Below, piece after piece: positions 37,201 to 49,745 of a stretch of 64,000 bases of DNA; positions within the stretch are counted from its first letter, which is position 1; every line of letters starts with the position of its first letter. The notes under the pieces are model-generated. The model had not been told where the DNA came from and did no database searches. It was given only the letters and a program-made list of their open reading frames with translations. The DNA is from Felis catus (Eukaryota). The DNA lies in contig NC_058368.1 of NCBI RefSeq assembly GCF_018350175.1, positions 61,258,001 through 61,322,000 of the forward strand. Reading direction: 5' to 3'. The translations under genes were made by a program, and so were the position numbers.

Positions 37201-37704
37201 TGCTACCACTAGTTTACACAGATAAAGTATCATTTTTGCTACCCTGGCTATTTGAAAAGCATTTTTAATTCAGTATGCAATATTAATCAGGTTCTTGTCT
37301 TGTCTCTTGATCTCTGCATGAACTAATAGAACTAAAATTCCAGGCCTTGGAGCACTAATAGGTAGTGTTAGGGCAGCTTCAGTTTCAGGGTTAAATTAAC
37401 TCTCTTTATACATGTGCTCTTTACTTTTAAGGATTTCTCTTACACTAGAACTATCTAAGTTGGGCATTTATAGTAGCTTTTTTCTCCAGGGGCATTTTCC
37501 ACGTACTTCAGTTGTTCATCAGTGTACTCTAGAAAATTATTAGTAGGCAAAATAAGAGTTATTTGAGAAATACAAGAGAATAATTTGGGCTTAATTATTT
37601 TTTAATTATATGTAAGCAATTAAATGCTTCATATATATGCATACTTCAGGTTTCTGTAAGCAGGTAAAAGGATACAAGTCATTCTTAAGAATAATGACAA
37701 TATA

Positions 37705-38143
37705 CTATACTTCATTACAATATTATTTACAAGAGGCAAGGCATGGAAACAACCTAAGCATCTACTGATGAATTAATAAATTAATTAATTGTCAAAGAAA
37801 TTGTGGCAGACACACACACTAAAATGGAATATTATTCAGCCATAAAAATGAAATCCTGTCATTTGTGCTAACATGAGTAGACTTCAAGGGCATATATACT
37901 AAGTGAAATAAGTCATACAGAGAAAGCCAAATACTATATGATCTCTCTCAAATGTGGAATCGAAAGACAGACAGACAGACAGAAAGAAAGAAAGAAAGAA
38001 AGAAAGAGAGAGGGGAGGGAGGGAAGAAGGAAGGAAGGAAGGAAGATGTAAGCTCATAGACATAGGGGATAGAGAGCAGTGTTTGCCAGAGGTAGAGGAT
38101 GGGAGAAATGGGTGAAGGAGTCCAAGAGGTAAAAAGAAAAAAA
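37705..38143 (+). mobile_element. L1 3' fragment (L1MA/L1_Carn-like) with an internal GACA/GAAA/GGAA microsatellite
   Basis: ATGGAAACAACCTAAG...ATGGAATATTATTCAGCCATAAAAA...CTAAGTGAAATAAGTCA hallmark. Confidence 0.9.
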
Positions 38144-38159
38144 TGAACTTAAACACTCA

Positions 38160-38850
38160 TTTTTAAATGTGGGAGAAATAAACGTATTTGAGGAATATTA
38201 TCTTGGCTACTGTGTAGAGAATGGAGTGGAGTAGAAAGAGCCAGAGAGATTAGGTGAAAGCTCTTGCCACAATCCCTAGAGACTATGATGAAGACTTTGG
38301 CTAAAATGGTGGTCACAGAAACAGAGATGAGTGGTCAGAGTTGGGACAGAAGAGAAAGTATCAGTAAGACATAATGATAGATTAACTTGTGGAAACGAGG
38401 CAGAGACCAGGGTCTATGGTACTCAAAGTGTACAGACCAACAACATCAGTATGACCTTGGAGGTTGCTAAAAATGCAGAATCTTTTGTCCCACCTCAGAC
38501 CGACTGAATCAGAATTTGCATTTTAACAAGATCCCGGGTAACTTATGGCACACAGTAAAATTTGAGAAGTGCTGGTTTAGAGAACGTTCAGGTTCCTTGG
38601 AAAGCTGTCTGTTGTGCCATCCACTAAAAGACAAAATTTGGGTTTGGCTTTTGGCAGGTTAGAGTTATGGTGCTTGACACTTATTTTGCTTATTCAACAA
38701 ACATTAATTGACTACTCTGGACAACAGCTCTTGGAGAATAGACATGAAAAGACAATCTCTGGCCTTGAGAGCTCACATCTGATGAAACAAAACAAAACAA
38801 AACAATATTTAAATACTATAGCATTGTGGTTACCATGTTTGGGATATTCA
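38160..38850 (-). mobile_element. L2 fragments interrupted by MER5
   Basis: TCTTGGCTACTGTGTAGAGAATGGA...; TATTCAACAAACATTAATTGAC is an antisense L2 3' end. Confidence 0.6.
38414..38580. mobile_element. MER5B-like DNA transposon relic
   Basis: TACTCAAAGTG...AAATGCAGAATC...ACTGAATCAGAATTTGCATTTTAACAAGATCCC...TTTGAGAAGTGCTG. Confidence 0.88.
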
Positions 38851-39471
38851 CAGGATACAAGTTTAGTACATTAACCAAAAGAGTGTTCCCTTTCTACTTC
38901 TACAGTCATAGTCTACCTAGGCAGGCTCAGCTTGAATGTAGAAGACCTCCCTTCAAGTTGTTCAGCCAGTGAGAAGCCCACAACATCCTTCATCCTGAGA
39001 TATCAATGATTTAATCAGGACAATGGAGCTTCTTTTCTTCAATTTGTATGATTGGACTTAGGAGGTAGGAAGATAGTTTGTAGAGTAAATAATTTGGTGC
39101 ATTAGATACTGATGAGCTATCATTTTTATATGCTGTTTTACAGGTCAAATCTTCAAAAGGATTAAAGTCAGAAAGCTATAAATATAAAGCAACAGCAACA
39201 TCTTAACAATCAAACACTCTTTCAAAAACTTAACTCAGCAGAAATGGAGAATATCACCTTGGCTCAATACAAAAGACTTTTCTCCATTTGTGCTAATGCT
39301 GACCGACTTCATTTTTATACTCCTTTAAATTCAATTCATTACCAACAAATGAGTAAACGCCATTCAAGCCACCAGACCATTGTCCTTCTTTAAAAAAAAT
39401 ATGGTTAACATTTCAGTGGTTCCCTACTGCTGGCAAAACAACATTTTCCTCTTCACTTTCTTTATTGCCAT

Positions 39472-39780
39472 AAGAAAAAGAAGTAGAACGAGGAGGAGGA
39501 GGAAGAGAAAGGGAAGGAGAAGGAAAAGAAGGAAAAGGAGGAGGAACAGGAGGAGGAGAAGGAGGGGGGGAGGAAGAGGTAAAAAAGGAAGAAGAGGATG
39601 AGGAAAGAGAAAAGAGGAGGAGGAGGAGGGAGGAAGGAGGAGGCAGCGGCAGGGAAGAAGAGGAAGAGGAAGAAAAGGAAAAAGAAGAAGGGGGAGGGGA
39701 AAGGGAAGGAGGGAGGAGGGAAAAAGAGGAGGAGGAGGAACAGGAGAAGGAGGAGGAGGAGGAGGAGAAAAGAACAGGAG
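39472..39780 (+). repeat. ~310-bp GA-rich (GGA/GAA) polypurine tract
   Basis: Direct reading. It produces the spurious Arg/Lys-rich and Pro/Leu-rich ORFs. Confidence 0.95.
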
Positions 39781-40538
39781 TGACTTACCCAGAGGTAATT
39801 GTTTTAATGGCCAAATAGCTGAAAATTTATACAACTGGACTGAGATGCTGTGTGTGGGATCTGCTCACCAGCAGGAAAAGAAAGGTTTATGTAGCAAGTT
39901 TGTAACAAGTTTTATATTACATTTAATCCTAAAAAGTTGAGACTTCTCTCTAACCTAGCAGAATTCATTTGTTTAATTGTATGGGATCCATGATATTTTT
40001 AAAGATACATTTTAAAAACAAGTAATGTAAATGAGAAGTATTTCTCTTACACATCTTAATATAACTCTATACTAAATTGAAGGTGGGGGTAGGAAACAAA
40101 TGGTACACAGGTGAGAATCATCATCTGGGAACTTCATAGGAATGCACTTACACACTAGCCTCTTGATGGCATTTCTGATTTTTCAGCATAAACAAACAAA
40201 CAAATAAATAAATCTTGCTTAAGATAGGCTGTGAAGAAATTGGTATGATTTGATTGAATTTGTTTCTGACTGGTGGGTAATTTTTTGGATAATTATGGAG
40301 TAGACAATAAGTAGAAGGGTGCAAAGTCAAGTAGGGAAGCACAGCACCATTTTGTTCAGCAAAAAAAGTAGTCATGGAGCACATGGGAATATTTTTTTTA
40401 ATCTATATATGAAATCAATAGCAGCTGGACAATATGGATGGATTCATTAGAGTAACTTTGCAGGAAATGTTAAGAATGTGGACTTGTAACTGACAATGGC
40501 AGTGGAACAAAATGTTTATTAGAAATGGGAGTTTCTTT

Positions 40539-40714
40539 GGGGCACCTAGGTGGCTCAGTTGGTTGAGCCTGGGTGGCTCAGGTCATGGTTGAGAGTCCGA
40601 CTCTGGATTTTGGCTCAGGTCATGATCTTATAGTCATGGAACTGAGCTCTGAGTCCAGCTCTGTGCTAGGTGTAAAACCTGCTTAGGATTCTCACTCTCT
40701 CTCTATCCCTCCCT

Positions 40715-40780
<66 letters not shown>
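40539..40780 (+). mobile_element. Can-SINE with duplicated head segment and long (CT)n
   Basis: GGGGCACCTAGGTGGCTCAGTTGGTTGAG followed by a second CCTGGGTGGCTCAGGTCATGGTTGAG. Confidence 0.9.
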
Positions 40781-40905
40781 GGAAGGGAGGGAAGGAAGGA
40801 AAGGAGGGAGGGAGGGAGGAAAGAGAAAGAGAGAAAGTAAGCAAGCAAGAGGGAAGGGAAGGGATGGGAAGGGAAGGGTAAAGGAGGGGAGAGGAGGGTA
40901 GGGGG
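40781..40905 (+). repeat. GGAA/GGGA purine tract (converted SINE tail)
   Basis: Direct reading. Confidence 0.85.
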
Positions 40906-40912
40906 AGTTTCA

Positions 40913-41097
40913 GGGCACCTGGGTGGCTCAGTTGGTTAAGTGTCTGACTTCTGCTCCTGTCATGATCTCATGATTTGTGAGTTTGAGCCCCACATGGGGC
41001 TCTGTGTTGACAGCTCAGAGCTTGGAGCTTGGTTTGAATTCTTTGTTTCCCTCTCTCTCTCTCTCCCAAAAATGAATAAACATTAGAAGAAGAAAAG
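40913..41097 (+). mobile_element. Can-SINE
   Basis: GGGCACCTGGGTGGCTCAGTTGGTTAAG head. Confidence 0.93.
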
Positions 41098-41755
41098 TGA
41101 GAGTTACTTTATTGAGGTAAAATTCACATACTGTAAAATTCACCATTTTAACCATTTTAAAGTGCACAATTCACTAGTTTTTAGTATACCAAAAGTTAGG
41201 GAACTATCACCATTATATAACTCAGAGCATTTTCCAGAGAAAATTTTAGAGAAAACCTGTATGAACTCTTTTAGGAATCACTGTCCATTGCCTCCTTCTT
41301 TCAGCCTTTACTGACCGCTAATCAGCTTTTTTTCTCTGTATAGATGCTCCCATTCTAGATCTCTTTTATCTAAATGGAATCATCATACAGTATGTGGATT
41401 TTTGTGTCTGGTTTCTTTCACATAGCATAATAATTTCAAAATTCATTCATGTTGTGGTATGTATCAGCACTTCATTACTTATAACTAGGTAATTTGCATG
41501 TTATGAATACACAGTATTTTGTTTATCCATTCACAGTTGATAGACATTTGAGTTTCTTCTACTTTATTACTATTATGGATAATATTGCTATGAATATTTA
41601 TATACTAGTGTTTTTACGAACACATCTTTTCATTATCATAGGTTATATACATATAAGAGAAATTTTTGGTAGCTCTGCTAAACTATTTTCCATGAGAAAT
41701 GTATGATCCATTTTTTCTGCATTCGGACCAACACTTGTTAGTTGTTTTTTATTAT

Positions 41756-41840
41756 AATATTATATATTATATTATATTATATTATATTATATTATATTAT
41801 ATTATATTATATTATATTATATTATTATATATAATATATT
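41756..41840 (+). repeat. (ATATT)n pentanucleotide repeat
   Basis: Direct reading. Confidence 0.9.
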
Positions 41841-42137
41841 ATTATCATTGTCATCCTAGTGAATGTGAGTGGTATCTCATTATGGTTTTGATTTTCATTT
41901 CCTTATGTTCAATAAACATGAGCATCTTTGCATGCCTTTGTTGGCCATTTATATATCTTGTTTAGAGAATGTCTATTTAAGTCTATTATTTAATTGCGCC
42001 ATTCATCTTTTTATTCCTCAGTAGTAGGAATTCTTTTAATATTTTTATATTCTGAATACAAAATCCTTACCACTTAAATGTGTTGTAAATATTATTTTCC
42101 TAAATTTCTTTCAACTGTCCTTTTATGAAAAATGAAA

Positions 42138-42183
<46 letters not shown>

Positions 42184-42474
42184 CTTTCAAATTCTTGCTA
42201 CTGTCTTTCACAGTACAAAAGTTGTTTGTTTGTTTTTCCATATTTATAAACTGTTACCTAATCCAAGACCATAAATATTAAACCCACGTCTGCTTCTAAG
42301 AGTTTTATAGTTTTTCACTTAAATTTATTTAATAAATTTTGAGTTAATTTTTACATTTCTTGTGAGATACAGGTCCAACTTCACTGTTTTGCACATGGAA
42401 CTCCAGGTGTCTAAGCATCATTTGTAGAAAAGATTGTTCTTTCCCCAACTACACCCTCATTAAAAATCAAATGA

Positions 42475-42727
42475 GGGGTGCCTGGGTGGCTCAGTTAGTT
42501 AAGCGTCCGACTTCAGCTCAGGTCATGATCTTGCGGCCAGTGGGTTCAAGCCCCACGTCAGGCTCTGTGCTCACAGCTCAGAGCCTGGAGCTTGCTTCAG
42601 ATTCTGTGTCTCCCTCTCTCTCTCTCTCTCTCTCTGACCCTTCCCAGCTCATGTTCTGTCTGTCTGTCTGTCTCTTTCTCTCTCTCTCTCTCAAAAAAAA
42701 AAAAAAAAATTAAATTAAAAAAAAAAA
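42475..42727 (+). mobile_element. Can-SINE inside L1MB
   Basis: GGGGTGCCTGGGTGGCTCAG head. TSD core ATCAAATGA at 42466-42474 and 42732-42740. Confidence 0.95.
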
Positions 42728-42783
42728 CAACATCAAATGACTGTTGGAATAGAGGTTTGCTTCTGTACCCTCAATCTTATTTC

Positions 42784-42843
42784 ATATATATATGTGTATA
42801 TATATATATATATGCATATATATACACATACATATATATATGC

Positions 42844-42892
<49 letters not shown>
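42784..42892 (+). repeat. (TA)n/(CA)n compound microsatellite
   Basis: Direct reading. Confidence 0.92.
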
Positions 42893-42893
<1 letters not shown>

Positions 42894-43261
42894 CCTATGC
42901 CCCTATGATACTATTTTGATTACTACAATACATTTTGAAATTGAGAAGTGCAAGTCAACTGACTTTGTTCTGAATTTTCAAGATGATTTAGTATAGCTTG
43001 GGTTACTTGTAATTTCACATGAATTTTAAGAGCAGTTTGTTCACTTTTGTAAAAAAGACAATTGAAATTTTGGTAGATATTGCATTGAATCTCCTTATCA
43101 ATTTCAGGAGTATTGATAGCTTAATAATATTAAGTCTTCCAATCCATGAACATGGGATCCCTTTGCATTTTATTTAGATATTCCCTAATATCTTTCAACA
43201 AGGTTTTATAATTTTAGTATACAAGTCATACAGTTTCTTGGTTTATTCCTAAGAAATTTAA

Positions 43262-43467
43262 TTTTTTAAACTTTTTTTTTCAATGTTTATTTTTGAGAGA
43301 GAGAGAGACAGTGTACAAGCAGGGAGGAGGCAGAGAGAGGGAAACACAGAATTCAAGGCAGGCTGAGAGCTGTCAGCACAGAGCCTGACATGGGGCTCAG
43401 ACTCATAAACTACAAGATCATGAAGCTGAGCTGAAGTTAGACACCCACTGAGCCACCCAGGCACCCC
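43262..43467 (-). mobile_element. Can-SINE inside L1MB
   Basis: Ends CACTGAGCCACCCAGGCACCCC. TSD-like AGAAATT on both sides. Confidence 0.94.
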
Positions 43468-44730
43468 AGAAATTCATTATTTTTAATGCTGTTACAAATT
43501 AAATTGTTTCTTGCTTTCATTTTTGATTTTTCAGTGCTTATGTATAAAAATAACTGATTTTATATATTGAGCATATATCCTGAAGTTTTGTTTTTATTCT
43601 AATAGTTTTTTTGTGGATTCTTGAGGGATGTATATTTATATCATAATTATGGCATCTGAAAATAGGGATAGTTTTATTTCTTTTTCCAATTTGGATGCCT
43701 TTATTTCTCTTTTCTTGTCTAATTACTCGGACTAGAACTTCTGGTACAATGTTGAATAGTGGCAAAAGTAGACATACTTGTCTTAGTCCTGATCTGAGAA
43801 GGAAAACTCATTATTTTACTATGAGTCTAATATTGGCTATGGATTTTTCATATTTTTTTTATCATGTTGTAGAAGTTTTTTTTTTTTTTCCTACTCTTAG
43901 TTTGCTGTTAGTTTTTACCATGATAAAAATTTTGTTGGATTTTGTCAAATTTCTTTCCTTTCTTTGTTGAGGGGAATCATGTGCTATTTTTCTTCTATTA
44001 TGTTTTATTATATTGATAGATTTTCATCTATGTTGCACAAGCTTTGCATTCCTGGAATAAATTCTCCTTTGTTGTGGTGTGGAGTTCTTTTAACATTCTA
44101 CTGGTCTCAGTTTTCTTGCATTTTGTTGAGAATTTTTGCATCTATATTTGTAATGGGTTTTGGGTATACAGTTTCTTGTCCTTGTGAAATCTTTGTCAGA
44201 CTTTGACATCGGGGTAATTTTGCTCTCATAGCATGAGTTAGGAAGTGTTCCCTCCTCTTCTATTTTTGGCAGAGTTTAGGAAATGCTGCTGTTCTTCAGT
44301 TTTGATAAATTGTGTTTTTCTAGGAATTTGTCCATTTATTCTGCATTATCTAATTTGTTGGAATACAATTGTTGATAGTATCACCTTACAATCATTTTTT
44401 TGTAACGGTCAGGTCACTAGTCATATTTGTCCATTCGTCCACTTTTCCATAATTTGTCCATTATCTAATCTGTTGGAATACAATTGTTGATAGTATCACC
44501 TTACAATCATTTTTTTATAACTGTCAGGTCACTATTCATATTCTTCTTTTATCCCTGATGTATAGTCATTAGAATGTATCCCTATTTTTATGGTCAGTCT
44601 TGCTAACAGATATTAAATTTTTCTGATCTTTTCAAACAAATAACTTTTTTTGTTTTTGTTGATTCTCTCTGTTGTTTTTCTATTATTTGTTTTGCATGTA
44701 TTTTAATCATCAATTAGTTTGCTTTTTTTT

Positions 44731-47581
44731 CCCTAGTAATTCTTTACCTTAGAAGGTATATTTCAACATTCCCCATACTGCTGGATCCCTAGAAATGTCA
44801 CTGAGGTAAAAGGCCTCAGTGAATTTGTTCTGATATTTATTTTTAGTATTTTGACAATGCAAATATCTTATCAATAAACCTAGAGAGTAGTTTCTACTTC
44901 TTGTTCATACCTTCAATCAAAATAATGTCACTCACTGATGATGGACCAGTGTGATGTCTTGTAGGAGGAAAGGTTACCAAATTCCTTGTATACTAAATTA
45001 TGACATAGGACATGGAGACTTTTTATACTCTGGAGATAGGACAGTAAAGGTGTGTTGCTGGCCTCACCAGCTGAAAGCAAACTATTTCTGGTGTCTTCAC
45101 TAAATGCATTTGCTAGATAAATAGCTGTACACTAGGTATCAGGGCATGTGTTAATTTGCCCTACCAGTGAAACCATATACCATATATTACAACTGGTACA
45201 GTAGCTGCAAATGGAGCTGTCCTTTAGTTAAGTTTATGATAATCCACTGGCATTTTTCAAGATCCATCTGCTTTCTGTATAGGTCAAATAGATTTGTTGC
45301 AAGGGGGTGAAGTGGCAATTACTATCTCTATATCTTTCAAGTCCTTGATTGTGTCACTAATCTTTATTATCACTCCAGGAATGTGGTTTTGCTTTTGGTT
45401 TATTTCTTGCCTAGGTAGAGGCAGTTCTAGTGTTTCCCACTCAGCTTTTATCACCACAAAACCCTGACTCCATGGATCAAGGAACCAATGTGGAAACTCT
45501 GCCAGCTGCTAAGAATGTCAATTCCAATTGTAAATTCTAGAACTTACAATAGAATAAATAACCACAGGAAATAACCACAGGATGGGTTCAGGGATCTACT
45601 GGATTCCAAGTGAGACAGATCTAAACCCAAACCCAGTTGGTCACCTTATCTCCATAAGCTGATACTCTGACTGCTAAACCACAGTGAAGTTTTGGGTCTC
45701 CTGGAATCAGTATCAGTTTAGAGCCAGTGTCCAATAATTCTCAATTCTACCTTCTGATTATTTCCTTTTCCCCCAGTGCATAGTCTCCCTGGTAAAAGTC
45801 CATAGATCCTTATGGGGGAAGCTGGGAGAAAGATAAGCAGTTGAAATTTGGGGCAGTGTATCAGAGTCCTTCAAAGATACCTGACCTTGCATCAGTGCGA
45901 TTGTATAAGTGGCCTCGAGTCTGGGAATTGATTGAGTGGCCATGATGCCCTATTTTATGGTTCAAGTAAAACTTGTTCATTTAACCAAGAACTCTTGTGC
46001 TTATATTGATTAAGGAAGAATTTTGTATACAGCTCATCTTTTTCACTTCTAGGAACACCATGATCAGCTAGCCAATGACATAGGTCTCTGAAAGTTATAC
46101 TATTCTGATTACTGCTTTGAATCAGCTTTTCATTATAGTGAGTACATCTTTCCTTTGGAGATTTTGTGCCACCGCTAGTTCTCTTCTACTTGCATTTAGG
46201 TCTTTCAGTTCAGTGGCAACAGTTCCCATAATTTCTAACCTACAGAGAAGAGTGATCACAGAGCTCTTCAAGAATCCTGAGACTCTTCTCACAAATTTAT
46301 TTCTCACAGACATGGTGAAAGTATGTCCTTTGTATCTTCCTGGGTTAGGTGACCAGGTCTTAAATGCTAACACTACTTTAACATTCCAGTTTCCCTCAAC
46401 CTTTGGATCCTTTCTGTATAGTGACCAACACTATTCTATACTATTCTGTTCAACTTCATTTAGGCTACTGTGCTGTCCATGTTTTAGCCAACCTACCAAA
46501 TTGCTAGAGGCCTTTTAAAGCCTCTGTACTGCAACATTAAATCTATAAAAAAATCTGATACTGGGCACAGGATTAATATACATGACTTGATTCAACTTTA
46601 TATTCCTTCCACCATTATCTCCCCACCCTTAATATTCATCCCCAGACATGTGTTCCAGATTTCTGCCTGTAGAAGTTGGAATATCATGTAGTTCTTTTGG
46701 AGTATAATTCACCTCCTCGTGGGTTACATTTTGTACCTCACTTTCAGGATCTATGGTATTTGTGTCTAGTTATAGGTACAGAAGGAAAGGTAGGAGTGGT
46801 TACAGAGGAGAATCAGTAGTGTCTTTCAAGGCAACTGTCTCATGGAAGGCCATCACAGTTTCCTTAAGCAAACTATGGCTAATCTCCTCAGACAGGGGTG
46901 CAATAACTCTATCTACTGGCAAAAAGACTTAGTACAATATAAAGGCTCAGTGTCTCCAGCTTCATCAGCATCTTCCCAAATGTGCCATTCTAATTTTGGG
47001 GATCCCATTCCTTCCATTCAGTGGCTTTACTTTAAGAGCAGACACTCTGCAGGGTTGGGGGTACAATTTGCATTTTAATTCCACCACTCAGAGGATGAGA
47101 CTCTGCATTCAGTTTCCAGCGGTCCTAGCTCTGTAGCCACACAGGAGATAAGGATTTCTTTCATGGCAGACATAGACACTTCCAGATCATTTATAAGGCA
47201 CTTGGGTTGGGAATTTGAATCCCTGAACTCATCCTTTTCTTTCTCTACTTTGTCCAGCACAATGAGGAGCAGTATGCCAGTCTCATTAGAGTTGTTAATT
47301 GGACCAAAAATATTCCAAGATATCAATAGATGATCACTTAGAACTTTGCCTCTTCAAATTATTTAATTTGGAATATCCAATTGCAGTATTTTGAGCGTGT
47401 GTTAAGCTATATCATACTATAGACGCTCAGTGCTCTCTTTACTACTAGAAAAAGAGTTATTAGTATCTTTAAATCTAATCAGATTAGAAAACCAATTCTA
47501 AAAACCTTAGAACCAATTCATAAAACCTTAGAAAAATTCCTGAAGAATCTGTTCCTGTAGAACCGCTCTTGGTACCAAAAC
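44731..47581 (-). mobile_element. ERV-L internal region (PBS, gag, protease, partial RT), decayed
   Basis: Minus strand begins TTTTGGTACCAAGAGCGGTTCTAC (ERV-L PBS region). Gag-like peptides LLLIVLDKVEKEKDEFRDSNS and VRNKFVRRVSGFLKSSVITLLC. Protease LLDTGSKLILIPGDPK (DTG at 45723-45731). RT remnants TAIYLANAF and QDITLVH. Many stops and frameshifts. Confidence 0.92.
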
Positions 47582-47966
47582 CAGTGTTCAGAGAGACAGA
47601 CAGACAGATAGACAGACAGACATGTTGAAGGAGTTGACTCAGGCAATTATGGAGAGAACCAAGTCTGAAATTTTCAACACAGGCCAGCAGTCTGGAACTT
47701 CTGGTAAGAGTTGACCTTGCAGTCTTCAGTCCAAAGTTTGTCCAGAAACAAAATTCGTTCTACTTCAGGACTCTGTCTTTTCTCTTAACACCTTCAGCTG
47801 ATTGGATGAGAGTCATCAATATTATGGAGAGTAATCTGTTTTATTTTAAGTCTATTGATTTAAATATTAATCATTTCCAATAAATACCTTCACAACAATA
47901 TGCAGCCTGGCCTGAATATGAGGTGCTACTGCCTAGCCAAGCTGACACATAAAATTAACTATCACA
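47582..47966 (-). mobile_element. MLT2-type 5' LTR of the ERV-L
   Basis: Minus strand starts TGTGATAGTTAATTTTATGTGTCAGCTTGGCTAGGC (MLT2 start) and directly adjoins the PBS. Confidence 0.92.
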
Positions 47967-48476
47967 TCTGGACATAGAAGTCTATTCAGGAGTTTTATCA
48001 TGGAAAGAATTCAGGTGATAAATCTGTAAAGTAGGCAGGATTGTGTGGAAGAAACTGAAAGGCAAAGTGGTTGCAACTCTCATATTTGCTATCGGGAGTT
48101 CTAGAGCTGGAAGGCCCCTCCTCTTGTGTGTCTCAGACTGAGTCACAGGGTGTGAGTCTCTATATCTTTCAATCCATTCATCATTTATCACTGGCATTTA
48201 CCCCTTAATGACATTGAGTGAGATAGCTTTATCTATAGCCAGAGGCAATTCTCAGTGATGGATACAGATGCAAATATGAATGAAAGACTTTCCCAGAAGC
48301 TAGTGCATAAGTGTGTTGGTTTTTAATAGAGAATCTGATGGAACAATACAGTATACATATAAAAGATAATGACAAAATTCTGGTTAATAATCATAGGATT
48401 ACATTGAATAGCACTTATAAAGTTTAAGAACTCTTAATTCTAAAGAATATATTTTCAGTCAAGATTAGTCACTCAT

Positions 48477-48685
48477 GGGGCAACTGGGTCGCTGAGTTGG
48501 TTAAGCAGCCAACTCTTGATTTCAGCTCAGGTAATGATCTTACAGTTCGTGAGTTCAAGCCCTACACAGGCTGTGAGCTCACAGTGCAGAGCCTGCTTGG
48601 GATTCTCTCACCTCCTCTCTCTCTGCCCCTCCCCTGCTCTTTCTCTCTCTCTCAAAAATAAATAAAAATGTTAATTTTTTAAAAA
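48477..48685 (+). mobile_element. Can-SINE
   Basis: TSD AAGATTAGTCACTCAT / AAGATTAGTCAATTAT at 48461-48476 and 48686-48701. Confidence 0.94.
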
Positions 48686-49745
48686 AAGATTAGTCAATTA
48701 TTTTTGGCTATATGGTATTTTAATTCATATTGTTTATATTCATACATTCTTCAAATAACAAGTTATTTGAAAAAAAATTAGTCCATGGTATGCATGGCAT
48801 TTATTTCTGCATGTTTTTTATATTATTGTTCTTGTAGTTAATCTAGTGTTTTATCACATTGTTATTTTAATATGATTTTGCCTAGCCCATCTCTATCTAT
48901 AATGTACCAGGAATGAGGGTGACATATTAAGTGAGATGGACTATAATGAAAACTGTTTTGGAAATAACATTATAGTTGATTATAGTTAGATTCCTTTAAC
49001 AGAATGTTTATGTGCAGCTGCTGAATATAATAGCAAGTTGGAGGGATTCCTTGTCATCCCACACATTTCAGTCCATTTAGAAAATAAATAGGAATGATAG
49101 ATGATATTTTCCGTAGAAACAGAAAATAGCAATCCTGTGTCTCAAACACAACTCCCTTTAATCAACATTGTAACATAAAAAATAAAAAAAAAAAAGCTAG
49201 TGAAAAGATCAATGGATAACATCCAGTTAGAGAAAATTGAAATCCACAAATAATCTGTTCACTGAGTGTCCTTGAGTAAGTTTACTTTGAAAGTATTTGT
49301 AGGATCGAAATAGAATCGATATTCCAGAATTATCATATAATTCTAGCATTTAAAATATAGCTACACATTGCTTCAGTCTTCATATGCACACTTGCAACAG
49401 GCAGCATTTGAAACCTATTTACAAGAACTCTGAGTTCTTTATGCAATCATTTTTCTATTGCCAGACTCCTCATATGAAGACTCCCAGAAAAAAGTGAAAT
49501 GCTTTCTATAAAGCCACCTTTGTCATATTATTTTAATATATTGATACTTTTTCATATGGATATACTTACCAGATGGCCTGGTATGTAAAGCATGCTGTAA
49601 AAAAATGTAAAATATTTACTGATTTATCTTCATTTATTTTTTTCTATCTATATATATATATCTATATATTTTTTTCTATCTATATATTTTTTCCTTTCTG
49701 CTATGCCTCCTTCTCACAAACTAGCCCATCCATATTTGCATATTT

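Larger units (their letters stand above)
41108..44730 (-). mobile_element. Old L1 (L1MB-like), ~3.6 kb 3' portion, interrupted by two SINEs and microsatellites
   Basis: 3' end CTTTATTGAGGTAAAATTCACATA. ORF2 motifs TCTTCCAATCCATGAACATGG and TTCCAATTTGGATGCCTTTATTTC. ORF-track peptide MPLFNIVPEVLVRVIRQEK is L1 RT. Confidence 0.93.

Noticed and set aside
39380..39834. Arg/Lys-rich (protamine-like) and Pro/Leu-rich ORFs
   Set aside because: Translations of a GA-rich low-complexity tract, with no splice or promoter context.
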